Origin: Candidatus Magasanikiibacteriota bacterium
GTDB taxonomy: Bacteria > Patescibacteriota > Patescibacteriia > Magasanikbacterales > UBA922
NCBI GenBank assembly: GCA_003482855.1
Contig: DMXO01000002.1
Location: 28,060-92,059, forward strand
Length of the DNA stretch: 64,000 nucleotides
Direction: 5' to 3'
Of the stretch, positions 61,221 to 64,000 are shown in pieces (positions within the stretch are counted from its first letter, which is position 1; the number at the start of each line of letters is the position of its first letter). The notes under the pieces were generated by a model that had not been told where the DNA came from, did not search any database, and saw only the letters and a program-made list of their open reading frames with translations. Made by a program: the position numbers and the translations under genes.

Positions 61221-61967
61221 ATGACAATAAAACAATTGTCACAACCAACCCTACAACTCATAAATCAATTCTTGCACCTTACATTCAATGGCAAAAGGGT
61301 TCGCACCCCCTATTTCAATAATCGTAGATCTGGCACGCGCGGTGCATTGCGTGTAAGCATTGGCAAAGGAAATGTAAACGATATAAAAGAAGAATTGAAA
61401 ATTTTGTCTTTGCGTGAAAAAATTGATTTGCGAGAACTTGATGAGCAGACCATTACAGAATTCATTGTTGATCACAAAATTGGTATAGATTGTTCTGGCC
61501 TTGTGTATTATATTTTGGATGAAGAATTGAAATCACAACACAAAAATCATCTCAAAACATATCTCAAATTCCCTGACGCAAAAAATCCATTGAGAAAACT
61601 TCTGATCAAACTTCGCCCTGTAGAAAATTGTAATGTAAAAACATTGGCGTACGAAATAAATAGCGCTGAAATCAACCTCAACAATATTCAGGCTGGAGAC
61701 ATGATTATAATGATGAACGCAGGCGCACGACATGATTATAATCACGTCATGGTTATTACACATATTGACGATACTACCATCCACTATGTTCATTCTTTTC
61801 AATATCCAGAAGATGGACTATACAATCATGGCGTACGCGAGGAAACTATTACGATTATCAATACTTCAAAATCTATAACAGAACAACAGTGGAACTGCGA
61901 AGAGATGAAACGATACAAAGACACCGCAGAAAAAATACAAATTCGAAGAATTAAAGCACTCAGTTAA
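61221..61967 (+). CDS. NlpC/P60-like (papain-fold) amidase/peptidase
   Basis: GIDCSGLV, GD, HVMVI..HYVHS. Confidence 0.7.
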   Translation: MTIKQLSQPTLQLINQFLHLTFNGKRVRTPYFNNRRSGTRGALRVSIGKGNVNDIKEELKILSLREKIDLRELDEQTITEFIVDHKIGIDCSGLVYYILDEELKSQHKNHLKTYLKFPDAKNPLRKLLIKLRPVENCNVKTLAYEINSAEINLNNIQAGDMIIMMNAGARHDYNHVMVITHIDDTTIHYVHSFQYPEDGLYNHGVREETITIINTSKSITEQQWNCEEMKRYKDTAEKIQIRRIKALS

Positions 61968-62083
61968 ATTCACCTAATTCATCTAATTTCTAATTCACCT
62001 AATAAAATATCAATCACAAATTTTTAATTTAGGTATTTTGAGTTTTATTAGAAATTAGGTGAATTAGGCAATTAGGTGAATTT
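61968..62083. repeat. Inverted 9-mer array (ttcacctaa)n / (ttaggtgaa)n
   Basis: Complementary tandem arrays in the intergenic region. Confidence 0.75.
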
Positions 62084-62091
62084 TCTATTCT

Positions 62092-63291
62092 ATGTTTCAG
62101 TTCCTCAAAAACTACCGTCCTACTATCATCCTCGCCATCCTCTTTTTGACTGGCGTTATTTTTATTCTTACTTTTTTTCCTCAAGGTTTTGTACCACTTG
62201 ACCAACGTGGTATTTTTTGGCGTTTTGCATATGAACCAACACTCAATCTCGAAGGTAGAACTCTCGAATATCCTGTTGGAGCATGGTTATATTTCAAATC
62301 TGTAACATTCCCTGCTGACCTACTACAAAACTTTTTTGAGACACCATGGGGTGCATATCATTTTTGTTTTAGCCTACGTATTGCTATTTTTTATCTTGCG
62401 ACATGGATCCTCACACTTGCAGGGCTCAAATTTACCACAGTAAAAAAACAAATTCTACTTGGCACTATATTTATATTGTTATTTATTTTTGCAAATCCTT
62501 TTTTGGTGCTCAGTACATTTGATATGGTGCCGACGTGTATTGCCTTCTTATCTTTATTTCTTTTTCAAAAAAATAAATATCTGGCCAGCGCCATACTACT
62601 TGCCATAGCAACAACCATAAAATGGTTCCCTGCTGTCCTACTACCCATATTTCTCATATATTTACTGCAAAACAAAAAACAATTGTTCTCATATTTTTTT
62701 TCATACACAGCAACAATTGTCTTCATAATCCTTATAGGATCATTTTCTGTTCCGTTTGCTATTCAGCAAGATGGTCTCTCGTATCATACAAATCGTGGTA
62801 TCCACAACGAAAGTCTATATGGAAATGTATTTGATATAATTGCTACAAAAGATATACACTATAGCACTATATTTAATTATGGCTCATTCAATATTGAAGG
62901 GACTTGGACAAACATTATTCTACCACTCATCTTTCCTATACTCATTTTGGGATTATTATTTGTATATTACAAAAGCTATAAAAACAAGAAAAACATTGCA
63001 TACTATTCTCTTATTGCGATTCTCATTTTTATATTATTGAACAAAGTCTTGTCTCCACAATTTATATTTTGGCTTATTCCATTCATCATCTATAACATAT
63101 TCAACAATAATAACACGGATCAAAAATTAAACAAACGACAGATCATTTCTCTTGGTGTATTTGCAATAATTCTTCTGCTTGGCCCCACAGTCCCCTTTTA
63201 TATGCAAGAATCACTTATACATTTTGGATGGGAAGCTATTTCTTTTCTAACATTGAGAAATATACTACTTATTTTTTTGTTATTTTTATAA
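62092..63291 (+). CDS. GT87-like alpha-1,2-mannosyltransferase (GT-C)
   Basis: EYP, FD, KWFP, RGIHNES, NKVLSPQFIFWL. Confidence 0.8.
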   Translation: MFQFLKNYRPTIILAILFLTGVIFILTFFPQGFVPLDQRGIFWRFAYEPTLNLEGRTLEYPVGAWLYFKSVTFPADLLQNFFETPWGAYHFCFSLRIAIFYLATWILTLAGLKFTTVKKQILLGTIFILLFIFANPFLVLSTFDMVPTCIAFLSLFLFQKNKYLASAILLAIATTIKWFPAVLLPIFLIYLLQNKKQLFSYFFSYTATIVFIILIGSFSVPFAIQQDGLSYHTNRGIHNESLYGNVFDIIATKDIHYSTIFNYGSFNIEGTWTNIILPLIFPILILGLLFVYYKSYKNKKNIAYYSLIAILIFILLNKVLSPQFIFWLIPFIIYNIFNNNNTDQKLNKRQIISLGVFAIILLLGPTVPFYMQESLIHFGWEAISFLTLRNILLIFLLFL

Positions 63292-63304
63292 AATAGTAAA
63301 CAAT

Positions 63305-63403
63305 ACTCCCCTCCTATTAGGAGGGGTAATGGGGAGGTCTTTCGTGTGATAAGACATGGTATCTTACTAAAGACCCCCTCTAACTCCCCCTAACAGGGGG
63401 AGA
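63305..63403. repeat. REP-like CCCCTC/GAGGGG composite palindrome
   Basis: ccccctctattaggaggggtaatggggaggtct...agacccctctaactccccctaacaggggg. Confidence 0.65.
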
Positions 63404-63464
63404 ATGACTTGTTCAGTTAATTTTTATAACAAAAGCTATACTAATTACTACTTTTTATCTATCA

Positions 63465-63497
63465 AAAAACAACTCCCATCAAAAAGAGTTGTTTTTA
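63465..63497. terminator. Bidirectional terminator
   Basis: aaaaacaactc...gagttgttttt. Confidence 0.75.
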
Positions 63498-63603
63498 ATT
63501 CTAGAACAAAGATATTCTCAATCCCAGAACTCCTCGGTGTGATGTGGCACACCGGAAAATCTCCTTCCTTATACCCGCCCACATGCGGGCGTCTCCCGAC
63601 CTC

Positions 63604-63807
63604 TTACGGCTTGGGCGCCTCGCCAGTGGCACCCTTCGCCGGTTCTTCCACTGTCTCCTTCGGGGGAGACGGCGGACGAGGCGAGGACACATGTGTCTTG
63701 CCCGCATGGCGAGCCCTCGTGGCTGCGAGGCCACAGAGCCCGTCGAGCTGACGCTCGGGCCGTGCAGGGCCGTGCCCGAACTTGGTGAAGCCAGAACCCG
63801 GCTTCAT
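63604..63807 (-). CDS. GC-rich orphan small protein (islet 8, gene 2)
   Basis: ATGA overlap with upstream GC-rich ORF; Pro/Gly-rich. Confidence 0.5.
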   Translation of the reverse strand: MKPGSGFTKFGHGPARPERQLDGLCGLAATRARHAGKTHVSSPRPPSPPKETVEEPAKGATGEAPKP

Positions 63808-63998
63808 TTCTTACCCTTTCCGCGAGCCCGTCTGAGGGCTCGAGACACATCCGTCAACGGAAACCGACCCAATACCTCTGGTTCGCGATTCCAGATGGTG
63901 TTGTGGTCGTAGACGACCACCGTTTCTCCACCACTCTTGTGCACATCAGCGACATCATCGAGTCGCACTGCGCACCGTTCGAAGTGGGGACGGCGGTT
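63804..63998 (-). CDS. 3' part of GC-rich orphan protein (islet 8, gene 1), starts beyond the window
   Basis: Open frame ...NRRPHFERCAVRLDDVADVHKSGGETVVVYDHNTIWNREPEVLGRFPLTDVSRALRRARGKGKK*. Confidence 0.6.
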   Translation of the reverse strand, partial: NRRPHFERCAVRLDDVADVHKSGGETVVVYDHNTIWNREPEVLGRFPLTDVSRALRRARGKGKK

Positions 63999-64000
63999 GT

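Noticed and set aside
1-64000. Alternative genetic code (UGA=Gly, as in Gracilibacteria)
   Set aside because: Conserved genes are full length under code 11 and several end in TGA

Overview
AT-rich bacterial chromosome segment (code 11) with hallmarks of Patescibacteria/CPR (inference): housekeeping genes mostly lack a Shine-Dalgarno (SD), UMP kinase is archaeal-type, and there is a CPR-style VirD4/VirB4-like ATPase and many heptamer microsatellites. Contents: copper-resistance cluster (copA, copZ, HMA-TauE-cupredoxin), typA, ECF sigma locus, a thiol-redox pair with a circularly permuted DsbA, sod, pyrH-dnaG-rpoD, cysS, dnaX, tRNA-Gln(CTG), greA, folD, glycosyltransferases, dusB, secA, secD (with inserted PPIase domains), secF, hpf, murB. 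Most unusual: (1) eight short GC-rich orphan islets, seven with a visible near-consensus sigma70 promoter, most with an SD and a structured 3' RNA, three of which carry an anti-SD CCUCCUUC; (2) an integron-like cassette array next to a short tyrosine recombinase lacking the IntI insertion, whose sites carry dif/Xer-like arms; (3) a cobalamin-riboswitch operon encoding a possible split transcobalamin-like binder plus a solitary ECF S-component; (4) hairpin insertions duplicating both ends of tRNA-Gln; (5) inverted microsatellite elements, some in frame inside secA and dnaG. All calls were made by eye; no database searches were run.
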